Shown here: piece by piece, positions 24,909 to 35,149 of the stretch
Position numbering within the stretch: the stretch's first letter is position 1
How the letters are laid out: the number at the start of each line of letters is the position of its first letter
From: an uncultured bacterium
GTDB taxonomy: Bacteria; Verrucomicrobiota; Kiritimatiellia; RFP12; UBA1067
Assembly (NCBI GenBank): GCA_902801025.1
Contig: CADCGZ010000010.1
Coordinates: forward strand, 1,551 to 65,550
Length of the DNA: 64,000 nucleotides
Direction: 5' to 3'
Translations under genes and position numbers: made by a program
The notes under the pieces: model-generated
Told to the model about the DNA's origin: nothing
The model's database searches: none
What the model saw: the letters and a program-made list of their open reading frames with translations, nothing else

Positions 24909-27062
24909 ATGAAAAAGAGAATGTGTACTTTTGCCGCTGTTGTTGCGGTGAGCTGTTCCGTCTTCGGACGCGATCCCGTCGACTGGGTTAACACGGAGAT
25001 CGGCACGATCAGCCACATGCTGGTGCCGTGCTTCCAGACTACTCAGCTCCCTAACGCCATGCTGCGTGTACTGCCGCCGTACCGCGACTACACGGACGAC
25101 CGCGTCTCCGCGATCTTCCTTCAGACCCCCGACCACCGCGGGCAGCAGGTCTTCGCGGTGCATCCGTTCTCGGGCGACGCGGAGCGGCTCGGCGCGCGCT
25201 GGAGCGGCACGTGGGACTCACCCCACTCGACGCCGTATTCATACGATGTGACGTTCGACTCCGAGTGCGTGAAGTTCTCGATCGTTCCCGCGCGGCAGAG
25301 CGCGCTTGCGTCGTTCGAGTTCCGCCGCGCGGACGCGGTGCACGCCGTGGTGTTCACGGGGCGCGACGCCGAGGTGAGGCTCGACGGCGCGCGTGTCGTC
25401 GCGAAGGACGTGCGGCGCGGACGCTACGCGGCGAGCGACGTCTGGCTTGCGGGCGAGTTCAGCCCGGCGCCCGTGGAGCTCCGCCGCGTCAACGACGGCT
25501 TTGCGCTCGTATTCGCGCCCGAGGCGAAGTCGGCGATGCTGAAGTACGGCATCTCCTACATCGACGCAGAGCAGGCGGCGCGCAACTGCGCGCGGGAGAT
25601 CTCGGGCTGGGACATGGCGGCGCTCGCCGCTACGGGCCGCAGGGCATGGAACGAGAAGCTCTCGAAGATCGAGGTAGAGGGCGGCACCGATGCCGAGAAG
25701 ACGGTCTTCTACTCCTCGCTCTGGCGCTGCTACGAACGCATGGTCAACGTCACGGAGGACGGGCGCTACCGCGGATGGGACGGCAAGGTTCACGAGACAG
25801 GAGGAGTGGACCAGTACACCGACGACTGGATGTGGGACACGTACCGCGCGCACCATCCGCTGATGGTGATCCTCGAGCCGAAGGCCGAGGCGGCGAAGCT
25901 CACGAGCTACATCCGCATGGCCGCCGAGAACAAGGAGAAGTGGATGCCCACGTTCCCGGGGATCAACTGCGACCAGCACTGCATGATCAACCACCACGCG
26001 GCCATTTCGTTCTACGACGCCTGGGTGAAGGGCGTGAGGGGCTTCGACCTCGCGGCCGCGTTCAAGGCGCTCGACTACACCGAGAAGACAGAGTCGCTCG
26101 TGCCGTGGTACCGCGGTCCGCTCACGGAGCTCGACCGGTTCTACGTCGAGAAGGGATATATGCCGGCGCTCAACCCCGGCGACAAGGAGACGTGCACCGC
26201 CGTCGACCAGAACTGGGAGAACCGCCAGACGGTCTCCGTGACGCAGGGCTCGAGCTACGACGCTTGGGCCATGTCGAAGATCGCCGCAATCGTCGGCGAC
26301 GCGGACGGCGTCAAGGAGTACGACCGCCGCTCGAAGTTCTACCGCAACCTGTGGGATCCGAAGACGAAGTTCTTCCGCCCCAGGAACGCCGCGGGCGAAT
26401 TCGTGGAGCCGTTCGACCCGATTATCTGCGGCGGGAAGGGCGCGCGCAGCTACTACACCGAGAACAACGCCTGGACGTACATCTGGGACGTGCAGCACGA
26501 CATCCCGCAGCTTGTCGAGTACCTCGGCGGGCCTGCTGGCATGGCGCGCAGGCTTGACGAGATGCTCAACACGTCCTGCGGAAACCGCTTCCGCTACACG
26601 GCCGAGATGCCGGACGGCGCGACGGGCATGATGGGCATGTTCACGATGGCGAACGAGCCCTCGTTCCACATCCCGTACCTCTACAACTTCGCGGGCGAGC
26701 CGCGCAAGACGCAGAAGTTCGTCCGCAAGACGCTCGACGCGTGGTTCCGCAACGACAGGATGGGCATGTGCGGCGACGAAGACGGCGGCGGAATGTGCTC
26801 CTACGCCGTGTTCTCGATGATGGGCTTCTATCCCGTGACGCCGGGCCTCCCCGAGTACCAGCTCGGCTCCCCGGTGTTCTCGAAGGTGACGATCCACCAG
26901 GAGAACGGCAAGTCGTTCGTCGTCGACGCTCCCAAGTCGAGCCGCGACGCTAAGTACGTCGCCTCTGCGACGATCGGCGGCAGTCCGCTTGTGGGCACGG
27001 CGATTCCGCACGCCGCGGTGGTGTCCGGCGAGACGCTCCGCCTTGAGATGACGGCTGAGTGA
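24909..27062 (+). CDS. Exported GH92 alpha-mannosidase
   Basis: Signal peptide MKKRMCTFAAVVAVSCSVFG. Blocks DWVNTEIGT and YRAHHPLM. MCGDEDGGGMCSYAVFSMMGFYPVTPG corresponds to the GH92 catalytic-region motif. Confidence 0.85.
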   Translation: MKKRMCTFAAVVAVSCSVFGRDPVDWVNTEIGTISHMLVPCFQTTQLPNAMLRVLPPYRDYTDDRVSAIFLQTPDHRGQQVFAVHPFSGDAERLGARWSGTWDSPHSTPYSYDVTFDSECVKFSIVPARQSALASFEFRRADAVHAVVFTGRDAEVRLDGARVVAKDVRRGRYAASDVWLAGEFSPAPVELRRVNDGFALVFAPEAKSAMLKYGISYIDAEQAARNCAREISGWDMAALAATGRRAWNEKLSKIEVEGGTDAEKTVFYSSLWRCYERMVNVTEDGRYRGWDGKVHETGGVDQYTDDWMWDTYRAHHPLMVILEPKAEAAKLTSYIRMAAENKEKWMPTFPGINCDQHCMINHHAAISFYDAWVKGVRGFDLAAAFKALDYTEKTESLVPWYRGPLTELDRFYVEKGYMPALNPGDKETCTAVDQNWENRQTVSVTQGSSYDAWAMSKIAAIVGDADGVKEYDRRSKFYRNLWDPKTKFFRPRNAAGEFVEPFDPIICGGKGARSYYTENNAWTYIWDVQHDIPQLVEYLGGPAGMARRLDEMLNTSCGNRFRYTAEMPDGATGMMGMFTMANEPSFHIPYLYNFAGEPRKTQKFVRKTLDAWFRNDRMGMCGDEDGGGMCSYAVFSMMGFYPVTPGLPEYQLGSPVFSKVTIHQENGKSFVVDAPKSSRDAKYVASATIGGSPLVGTAIPHAAVVSGETLRLEMTAE

Positions 27063-27087
27063 TTTCTCAAATCAACGGAGAAGCAAA

Positions 27088-29319
27088 ATGAGAGACATAA
27101 ATTCGTTGCTGGGTTGCGCGTTCCTGTTTGGCGCGATCTCCTTTGCCCTTGCCGCAAACGCGGCGGATGTCGAAGTGACGTTCTATACGCCATCGATCGC
27201 GCGAATCGTGCGCGCTCCAAACGGCGAGGTCGTCAAAAAGGCCGACATCGTCACGGCGAAGCCGCAGAAGGTGAAGATGTCCGTGCTGGAGAACGACGAC
27301 GCCAAGACCTGGAAGAGCGCTGCGCTTTCCGTGCGGCTCGACAAGAAGACGGGCGGGCTTTCGTTCCTTCGTCCCGACGGCTCGGTCATGCTCGAGGAAG
27401 CCGGGCCCGCCAAGTTCAAGCAGGAGACGTACAAGGGCGGCTACACGGCGACGAAGGTCTCACAGCGCTGGAAGGCCGCGAAGGACATGCCTGTGTACGG
27501 ACTCGGCAGCGTGCAGAACGGACGCCTCGACCAGCGCAACGCCGGGCGATTGAGGCTGCAGCCCGAGAACTGCGACGACGGCATTCCGTTCCTCTGCGGC
27601 ATAGGCGGATGGGGGCTCTACTGGGACAACGTGTCCGTGACTTGGTATTCGACGGATGCGACGAGCGTCGGCTTCTCGAGCGACGTCGGCGACGCGGAGG
27701 ACTACTACTTCATCGCGGGCGGCTCGCTCGACGGCGTCGTAGGCGCGATGCGACACCTGACGGGGAAGGTTCCGATGAACGCGCTCTGGAGCTACGGCTT
27801 CTGGCAGAGCCGCGAGCGCTATACCGACTGCGGCAAGCTCCTCGAGGTCTTGCGCCGATACAGGAAGGACGGAGTGCCGATGGACGGAATCATCCAGGAC
27901 TGGCAGTACTGGGGCGACAACGCCCACTGGAACGCGATGGCGTTTCTCAATCCGGGCTTCGCGGACGCGCAGGCGATGATCGACGAGGTGCATGCCTCGA
28001 ACTGCCACTTCATCATCTCCATCTGGTGCAGCTTCGGACCCGAGACGGCGGCCTACGCCGACTTCGAGAAGGCTGGCGCGCTCCTCGACCTGCCCACATA
28101 CCCCGGCAAGTCGAAGCCCTACGACTGCTACAGCGCGGAGGCGCGAGAAATTTGCTGGAAGCACGCCGCGAAGCTCTACGGATACGGACTCGACGGCTGG
28201 TGGATGGACTCGACCGAGCCGGAGCCGTGGGGGCAGGGTGAGCACCACAACGACATCCCGTGTTCGCTCGGTCGCTACCGCGACGTCAGGCTCGCCTATC
28301 CGTTCTACGCAATCCGCAACATCCACGACCACACCAAGGCGACGCGTCCCGACCGCCGCGTGTTCATCCTCACGCGCTCAGCCTCGGCCGGACTCCAGCG
28401 CACCGGTGCGCACACGTGGAGCGGCGACACCAAGTGCACGTGGGAGGCGCTCAGGAAGCAGATTCCGTGCGGACTCAACTTCGCGCTTTCCGGCAATCCC
28501 AACTGGAGCGGCGACCTCGGCGGCTTCAGCGGTCCGAAGCGCGAGACTTTCGGCGAGCTCTACGCGCGCTGGATGCAGTACGGCGTCTTCCAGCCGATGA
28601 TGCGCAGCCACGGCACCGGAATGTGGCGCGAACTTTATCTCTTCGGCAAGCCGGGCGAGCCGCTTTACGATTCGCTTCTTGCGTCCGTGAAGCTCCGCTA
28701 CCGCTTCCTCCCGCGCATCTACTCGATTGCACACGAAGCGTATGCGTCAAACATGTCGTTCATGCGTCCGATAGTCGCAGAGTTCCCTGATGACCGCCGG
28801 ACGTGGGACGAGAAGGGCTCGTTCCTCTTTGGACGCGACATACTCGTCGCCCCGGTAACGTCCTCGAATGTAACGTCCGTCGCGACGTACCTGCCGCAGG
28901 GCGCGGACTGGTACAACTACTTCACCGGCGAGCGCGCGAATGGCGGAGCGGAGCATGAGATGAAGACCGACCTTTCGAACTTTCCGTTGTATGTTCGTGC
29001 TGGCGCGATTCTTGTCGACGGACCTGACGTGCAATACGTCGGCGAGAAGCCGTGGGACAACCTCGCGGTGACCGTCTATCCAGGTGCGGACGGATCCTTC
29101 GAACTCTACGAGGACGCTGGCGATGGGTACAAGTACGAGAAGGGCGAGTTCACGACGATCGGTTTCTCGTGGAACGACAAGACCAAGACATTGACAATCG
29201 GCGCGCGCAATGGGGCCTATCCCGGCATGCTCAAGGACAGGACTTTCCGCGTGAAGACTCTCGGCGGTGCCGAGAAGACCGTGAAGTACAGCGGGAAGCC
29301 AGTCGAAGTTTCATTGTAA
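27088..29319 (+). CDS. Exported GH31 glycosidase (alpha-xylosidase/alpha-glucosidase type)
   Basis: Blocks VPMDGIIQDWQYWG, GLDGWWMDSTEPE (nucleophile region), FILTRSASAGLQRTGAHTWSGD (acid/base region) and MRSHG. Confidence 0.85.
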   Translation: MRDINSLLGCAFLFGAISFALAANAADVEVTFYTPSIARIVRAPNGEVVKKADIVTAKPQKVKMSVLENDDAKTWKSAALSVRLDKKTGGLSFLRPDGSVMLEEAGPAKFKQETYKGGYTATKVSQRWKAAKDMPVYGLGSVQNGRLDQRNAGRLRLQPENCDDGIPFLCGIGGWGLYWDNVSVTWYSTDATSVGFSSDVGDAEDYYFIAGGSLDGVVGAMRHLTGKVPMNALWSYGFWQSRERYTDCGKLLEVLRRYRKDGVPMDGIIQDWQYWGDNAHWNAMAFLNPGFADAQAMIDEVHASNCHFIISIWCSFGPETAAYADFEKAGALLDLPTYPGKSKPYDCYSAEAREICWKHAAKLYGYGLDGWWMDSTEPEPWGQGEHHNDIPCSLGRYRDVRLAYPFYAIRNIHDHTKATRPDRRVFILTRSASAGLQRTGAHTWSGDTKCTWEALRKQIPCGLNFALSGNPNWSGDLGGFSGPKRETFGELYARWMQYGVFQPMMRSHGTGMWRELYLFGKPGEPLYDSLLASVKLRYRFLPRIYSIAHEAYASNMSFMRPIVAEFPDDRRTWDEKGSFLFGRDILVAPVTSSNVTSVATYLPQGADWYNYFTGERANGGAEHEMKTDLSNFPLYVRAGAILVDGPDVQYVGEKPWDNLAVTVYPGADGSFELYEDAGDGYKYEKGEFTTIGFSWNDKTKTLTIGARNGAYPGMLKDRTFRVKTLGGAEKTVKYSGKPVEVSL

Positions 29320-29369
29320 ACTGTAACTTTTAAGAAAACATAAAATAACATAAACCAAAGGAGGAAATC

Positions 29370-32300
29370 ATGAAAAGCATAATTCGTCATATTCCGAGGG
29401 GGGGGGCAAAAACTGCAAGTTATGTCCTTATGGGATTCTTCCTGTCACCTCTGATTGCATCCGCGGTTGATATGCCGGACGGCTACACACAACTCGACTG
29501 GATCGAGTCGTACAACAAGAGCCAGTGGATCGACACGGGGTACGTCCCCAACGCCAACACGGTCGTCAGCGCGAAGCTGCGCCCGACGGACAGCGGCGGA
29601 TGGACGGCTCTCTTCGGCGTCTTTTCCGAGAACGACAACACCAGCTATGGCATAGGATTTCGCCAAAGCGGTGCAGTGAGCGGAACACTCAACGCCTTTT
29701 TCTGCTCTAACCATTCGGGCAACGATATCGTCTATTCTCCTGGGACGGACTACGAGGTCGAGCTCAAAAGCGGCAGCTACACGCTTTCGTCCGCTGATGG
29801 CACCAATACAAAAACCTTCACTACGACCCCTGCCAACTTCTCGCATTTCAGTGCAGAGAAAGGGACTACGATGCTCGTGTTCTGCGAGCACAATTACTAC
29901 AACAATGCCCCGGAAGTGCGTCGGCATTCGAACATGCGTCTCTATTCGATGTCCATTCTCGAGACCGACGGCGGGGCGCAGACGCCGGTGCGCAATTTCA
30001 TACCTTGCCGGGACGGGAACGGTGCGTGCGGACTGTGGGATTCCGTTGAGGGAAAGTTCTACGCCAACAAGGGAAGCAATGGCGACTTTCGCGGCAGCGG
30101 GATTGTCTATTCCCTTGTTGACGGTGTCGCGACCGTGGCCGAGGGCGGCGTTCTGTCGAAGGCGGAGGCCAACACCATCTCGAAGTTCCTCCTCGGTGCG
30201 TCCTGCACTGACAACAAGATCGTGTTCCGTGCGAGCGAATGGACGCCGGAGGAGTTTGTAGACACGATTACCGGCACCAAGTTTGCTGAGTGGACGGGCG
30301 CCGTTTCCTATACCGGAAGCGTAGGCGACGAGAAGGGGTCGGCGAGTGCCGGGCAGATCCGTCTTGCCGGCGAGGGTGCCAATCTCGTCGTGGATGGCGA
30401 CATTGCGCTTTCGTCCAAGAACATATATGTGACAGGCAACGTGGCGATATCGGGGGAAGACAACGAACTGTCCGTGACCGATGTCCGTTTTTCGAATATT
30501 GTCAAAGGCGACTCGATACTTTCCGTGCGAGACGGAGCGAAGCTCCTGGCGTCGGGAGACGTCGTGCTCGGTACCGCCAACGGGAATGACAACAACTGGT
30601 ACCGCAATTTTCTGATTGTCGACGATGCCGGACTGTCGCTCAATCCGCTTCCGTCGGGATCTGCAAACAAGAGGATCCGACTGGGAGCCGCGAACAGCGC
30701 GAACGGCATTCTCGTCGTCAAGGATGGTGGCGTCGTCAACGACCGCATCACAGGTGGCGACGCAAGCTGGGGCCGTAGCGCCGTGATCATTGAGGCGGGA
30801 GGCGTCGTCACCAACCATTGCGGTGCTGGTAGCGACGGATATATTTCGAAATATGGCTATGGCTACCTCGAGAACGGCGGCGAGTATGTCGTGAAAGGCT
30901 GGCATCAGGTTGCTGGCAACGATGTCAATAATTCCGGCATTATCGGGCTGATCTATCAAAAGGGCGATCTAGTGTTCAATCCGTCGAACAACGGTCAGTT
31001 CGAAATCTGCCGCGGCGCGACAGGCGTCGTGTACCAGACTTCAGGGACGACCGATATAAAGTCCAACAACCTTGAGATCAACTCGCAGGGCTACTCGCGA
31101 AGCAACAGCTTTGGCGTCCTGACAATAGAAGGTTCGGAGTCGATTGCGAAGGCGACGAAGGTCGCCGCGGCGAATGCGCCGAACGTGACCGGCGTGCTGA
31201 ATCTCCGCGAAGGCGGTACGCTCCAATACGACGTGCTGGTGGCGAGGGACACGAACCAGTCCAGCATCGACACGGAACTCTTCTACGTCAACTTCGACGG
31301 CGGATATCTGAGGCACGTGAAATCCGGAAGCACATCTGGAAACCTCTTCGACACGACCGAGGCCAAGCGGCCTACCGCTGTGACGATTTTCGGGGGCGGC
31401 ATGGGCGTGGACGTGCCGGACGGCTACACGACGACGCTCAACATGGCAGTGTCAGCTCCGACGGGACGCGGCGTCGCGTCGATCGCTCTTTCCTCCGAAG
31501 TGCTGGATCAGGAGTACATCGGCGCTCCCTTTGTCAGCATCACCGGCGACGGCTGGGGCGCTACGGCCGTCGCAGTCTACGATTCAGCGACACGGCGCGT
31601 CACTGGCGTCAAGGTGACGTCCCCCGGTTGCGGCTACACGACGGCATCGGCCGTTCTCGCGGGCGGTCGCGTCAACAGCAATGCGGCGCTCCCTGCGGCA
31701 GTGACGCTCACCCCCGACGGCGAAGGCCAGTTGAGCGGCGGGCTTTTGAAGCGCGGCGCTGGTACGCTTGTTCTCGGCGACGGGACGTTGCCCGACAATC
31801 TTCCGCTCACGCTCGAAGGGGGAGTCCTCGACCTAGGCGGCGTCACGTACCACACGCCTGTCCTGACGCTTGCGGGCGGCAAGGTCACGAATGGATCGGT
31901 CGTGGCGAACAAGATCGTGTCGTCAACGGGCGGCGCGGAGTTTCTGCAGAGGGACGGCTTGATCACCCTCGTCCCCGGCGGTTCGCTTTCCGTCGCGAGC
32001 GGCACGCTCACGGTCGACACGCGCGGCGCGGGATTGATGATGACGCTTGTGTCGTGCTCCGACCTCGCCGGAGTCAATGCAGTGATGGATGGTACGACGG
32101 CCATTGACTGGACTGGCGCGACGAGGGTGTTCGACTTCAACAGGGCGAACAGCACGGCAGGCTGGTCCAACTACCAGGTCCTTGCCTACAGGGGCTACAT
32201 CTGGAACCGCGGCGAAAGCGACGCGGCATGCACGTTCGGCGAGGTGTTCGACGACGGTGCGAGCGTCTTCATCGACGGCAAGGCAGTAATGACGTTCCCC

Positions 32301-32927
32301 GGCAACCAAGACTCTTGGAACCATCTCGACCTCGCAACCGTCACGCTGACACCTGGAGCGCATGCGTTCGAGGTTCGTTTTGCCCAGCTCGCCGGTGGTG
32401 CCGGCCCGGCGAACCAGACGTCTGGTCACAACGACACCTGGCCTCCGAGTACGCTCGCATTCGGCATCGACTGGCAGGGGCGCGGAACCTACGACATCAG
32501 CGACTATGACAGGCTGACCGATCTTTGGAGCGGCGAGAGGTTCACCATCTCTTCGACTCAAACCCTGTTTGATGGCACAGCGACGGTCGCGCCAGGCGCA
32601 ATGCTGTCGTTCAATGGAGGCGGACAGGAACTGACGCTGTCGCAGGAGCTGGCGATATCAGCCGCAGACATCCTTGCGGGGCGCTGCATTGCGTTCGAGG
32701 GGGCGTCCGTCTCGTTCGCAGCGGGTGCGACGCTCGCCATAACCGGACTCGACGCGGGCGATCTCGACATCACGCGCAGGTATGTTCTGCTAGAAGCGGA
32801 GGGCGGAATCGAAGGACTCGAAAACCTGACGATCTCGCCGGCCGCGCCGAAGGGATGGAGATACGAGCTGCGCGGCAGCAAGCTGACGCTCGCACCGCAC
32901 ATCGGACTGGCGGTGATTGTACGGTAA
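29370..32927 (+). CDS. 1185-aa secreted surface-type protein: N-terminal jelly-roll (YTQLDWIES..WIDTGY), beta-helical PATR-like repeats, C-terminal PA14-like domain
   Basis: SD AAAGGAGGA in an AT-rich leader, plus a signal peptide. PATR-like block GGLLKRGAGTLVLGDGTLPDNLPLTLEGGVLDLGG. PA14-like block AYRGYIWNRGESDAACTFGEVFDDGASVFIDGK...GAHAFEVRFAQ. It ends with the hydrophobic tail HIGLAVIVR. Confidence 0.7.
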   Translation: MKSIIRHIPRGGAKTASYVLMGFFLSPLIASAVDMPDGYTQLDWIESYNKSQWIDTGYVPNANTVVSAKLRPTDSGGWTALFGVFSENDNTSYGIGFRQSGAVSGTLNAFFCSNHSGNDIVYSPGTDYEVELKSGSYTLSSADGTNTKTFTTTPANFSHFSAEKGTTMLVFCEHNYYNNAPEVRRHSNMRLYSMSILETDGGAQTPVRNFIPCRDGNGACGLWDSVEGKFYANKGSNGDFRGSGIVYSLVDGVATVAEGGVLSKAEANTISKFLLGASCTDNKIVFRASEWTPEEFVDTITGTKFAEWTGAVSYTGSVGDEKGSASAGQIRLAGEGANLVVDGDIALSSKNIYVTGNVAISGEDNELSVTDVRFSNIVKGDSILSVRDGAKLLASGDVVLGTANGNDNNWYRNFLIVDDAGLSLNPLPSGSANKRIRLGAANSANGILVVKDGGVVNDRITGGDASWGRSAVIIEAGGVVTNHCGAGSDGYISKYGYGYLENGGEYVVKGWHQVAGNDVNNSGIIGLIYQKGDLVFNPSNNGQFEICRGATGVVYQTSGTTDIKSNNLEINSQGYSRSNSFGVLTIEGSESIAKATKVAAANAPNVTGVLNLREGGTLQYDVLVARDTNQSSIDTELFYVNFDGGYLRHVKSGSTSGNLFDTTEAKRPTAVTIFGGGMGVDVPDGYTTTLNMAVSAPTGRGVASIALSSEVLDQEYIGAPFVSITGDGWGATAVAVYDSATRRVTGVKVTSPGCGYTTASAVLAGGRVNSNAALPAAVTLTPDGEGQLSGGLLKRGAGTLVLGDGTLPDNLPLTLEGGVLDLGGVTYHTPVLTLAGGKVTNGSVVANKIVSSTGGAEFLQRDGLITLVPGGSLSVASGTLTVDTRGAGLMMTLVSCSDLAGVNAVMDGTTAIDWTGATRVFDFNRANSTAGWSNYQVLAYRGYIWNRGESDAACTFGEVFDDGASVFIDGKAVMTFPGNQDSWNHLDLATVTLTPGAHAFEVRFAQLAGGAGPANQTSGHNDTWPPSTLAFGIDWQGRGTYDISDYDRLTDLWSGERFTISSTQTLFDGTATVAPGAMLSFNGGGQELTLSQELAISAADILAGRCIAFEGASVSFAAGATLAITGLDAGDLDITRRYVLLEAEGGIEGLENLTISPAAPKGWRYELRGSKLTLAPHIGLAVIVR

Positions 32928-32948
32928 AAATCAGACAAAAGGGACATC

Positions 32949-35135
32949 ATGAGAAAAACTGCAGTTGTGTTGGCGGTGGCGGCGGTTGCCGCCGGCGTTG
33001 GTGCCGTTCCGAACGACGCGCGTCGCGCGGAGGCGGAGAAGGAGGCGAGGGCCGTTCTCGAAAAGCTGACGCCGGACGAGAAGGTCCAGATGCTCATGAT
33101 GGACAATCCCGAGATCAAGCGCGTCGGGATCCCGCGCTTCCACTGGTGGAGCGAGGCGCTGCACGGGTACGCGCGGAGCGGACTCGCGACGGTGTTCCCG
33201 CAGGCGATCGGCGCGGCGGCGACGTTCGACGACGAGCTCGAGCACAGGATGGCGGATGCGATTTCGACCGAGGCGCGCGCTAAGGTGAACCTGTACCGCG
33301 CCCAGGGCGAGCGCGGCGGGAACCACTGCCTTTCGCTGTGGAGCCCGAACGTCAACATGGACCGCGATCCGCGCTGGGGGCGCGGGCAGGAGACGTTCGG
33401 CGAAGACCCATACCTCACCTCGCGCATGGGCGTGGCTTTCGTGAAGGGCATTCAGGGCGACGACCCGAAGTACCTGAAGGCCGTCGCGTGCGCGAAGCAC
33501 TACGCCGTCCACTCCGGTCCCGAGAAGAAGCGCCACGAGTTCAACGTGAACCTCGACGACCGCGATCTCTACGAATACTACCTCCCGGCGTTCAAGGCGC
33601 TCGTGAAGGAGGCGAAGGTCGAGAGCGTGATGGGCGCGTACTCGGCGGTCAACGGCGTCCCGTGCTGCGCGAACAAGCGGCTTCTCGTCGACATCCTGCG
33701 CGGCGAGTGGGGCTTCCGGGGAACCGTCGTCAGCGATGTCGGAGCGGTCGACGACATCTGGAAGAACCACAAGTACAGGAAGAACGCGGTCGAAGGCGAC
33801 CTTGCGGCGATCGAGGGCGGACTCGACCTCTGCAGCGAGGCCACGTACCACCACATGCGCGGCCCTGTAAAAGAGGGGAAGATCGACCCCGCGATCTTCG
33901 ACAAGCCGCTCATGCACATCCTAACCACGCGCGCGCTGCTCGGCGACCTCGATCCCAAGGCGAAGACGCCGTGGGACAACCTCGGAGAGAAGGACGTCAA
34001 CAACGCGAAGCACAAGGCAATCGCGCTCGAGTGCGCCGAGAAGTCGCTCGTCCTTCTCAAGAACAACGGCGTCCTGCCGCTCGACGTCTCGAAGATGAAG
34101 CGACTCGACATCTGCGGCCGCAGCCGGGACGAGAACATCCTGATGGGCAACTACAACGGCGAGCCGGCCGATGCGGTGACGATTCTGAAGGGCTTCCTTC
34201 GCACCGTGGGGCCGGGCTGCATCCTCGACGCTTGGTTCGACTCCAACCCGATGGTGCGCGTGATCGGCCTCTGCCCGATCGACGAGGGCGAGGACCACGA
34301 CCGCAATGACATCCGCATGTACCAGCAGCAGCTCAAGGACATACGCAACGACCGCCAGAAGCGTCCCAACCAGAAGGTCATCGCCGTCGTCCCCGGCGGC
34401 AGCTCGATGGATTTGAGAGAAGTGTGCGAGCTTGCGGACGCGGTGCTTGTCTGCTGGTATCCGGGCGAACAGGGCGGCATCGCCGTCGCGAACGCCGTCC
34501 TCGGAAAGGTGAACACCTTCGGCAAGTTGCCCGTCACGTTCTACCGCAATCCCGAGAAGATGCCCGACTTCGAGGACTACACGCTCCCCGGGCGCACCTA
34601 CCTCTACAACGACCAGAACGTCCTCTATCCGTTCGGCTACGGCCTCAGTTACACGACGTTCGGTGTTGCGGAAGTCAAGACCGACCTCGACAAGAAGGCG
34701 TTGGCGCTGGCGGAGAAGCAGGAAGTCTACAATGCGGACTTCTCGATTCATCCGGGCGATGTGAAGGATGCAAAGGCAGAGCAGAAAGACGGATCCGGTG
34801 AGCGTATCGCCGCCAACCTGTCCACGAAGGTGCTGAAGGTCTCCGCCGTTGTCACTAACACTGGTAATGTTGCGGGTGACGAGGTCGTGCAGCTCTACGT
34901 TCGTTCACCCGAAGGTTCGGGTGACCGTCGTCGCCATCACCTCGAAGGCTTTAAGCGCGTCACGCTCAAGCCGGGCGAGTCGAAGAAGGTGACGTTCGAG
35001 CTGACGGCCGCGCAGCTTGCGCAGTTCGGTAAGGACGGCAAACAGTCCCTCGCGAAGGGCTGGTACCGTCTTTTCATCGGTGGCGGACAGCCCGGGTATA
35101 CGGATAACACGCGCTGCGTGTTCGTGGAACTGTAA
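32949..35135 (+). CDS. Exported GH3 glycosidase, paralog A
   Basis: Blocks FHWWSEALHG, WSPNVNMDRDPRWGRGQETFGEDP, KHYAVHSGPE, GTVVSDVGAV (nucleophile Asp) and a C-terminal Fn3-like block GDEVVQLYVRSPEGSGDRRRHHLEGFKRV. Confidence 0.85.
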   Translation: MRKTAVVLAVAAVAAGVGAVPNDARRAEAEKEARAVLEKLTPDEKVQMLMMDNPEIKRVGIPRFHWWSEALHGYARSGLATVFPQAIGAAATFDDELEHRMADAISTEARAKVNLYRAQGERGGNHCLSLWSPNVNMDRDPRWGRGQETFGEDPYLTSRMGVAFVKGIQGDDPKYLKAVACAKHYAVHSGPEKKRHEFNVNLDDRDLYEYYLPAFKALVKEAKVESVMGAYSAVNGVPCCANKRLLVDILRGEWGFRGTVVSDVGAVDDIWKNHKYRKNAVEGDLAAIEGGLDLCSEATYHHMRGPVKEGKIDPAIFDKPLMHILTTRALLGDLDPKAKTPWDNLGEKDVNNAKHKAIALECAEKSLVLLKNNGVLPLDVSKMKRLDICGRSRDENILMGNYNGEPADAVTILKGFLRTVGPGCILDAWFDSNPMVRVIGLCPIDEGEDHDRNDIRMYQQQLKDIRNDRQKRPNQKVIAVVPGGSSMDLREVCELADAVLVCWYPGEQGGIAVANAVLGKVNTFGKLPVTFYRNPEKMPDFEDYTLPGRTYLYNDQNVLYPFGYGLSYTTFGVAEVKTDLDKKALALAEKQEVYNADFSIHPGDVKDAKAEQKDGSGERIAANLSTKVLKVSAVVTNTGNVAGDEVVQLYVRSPEGSGDRRRHHLEGFKRVTLKPGESKKVTFELTAAQLAQFGKDGKQSLAKGWYRLFIGGGQPGYTDNTRCVFVEL

Positions 35136-35149
35136 GGGATTTTCAAACT

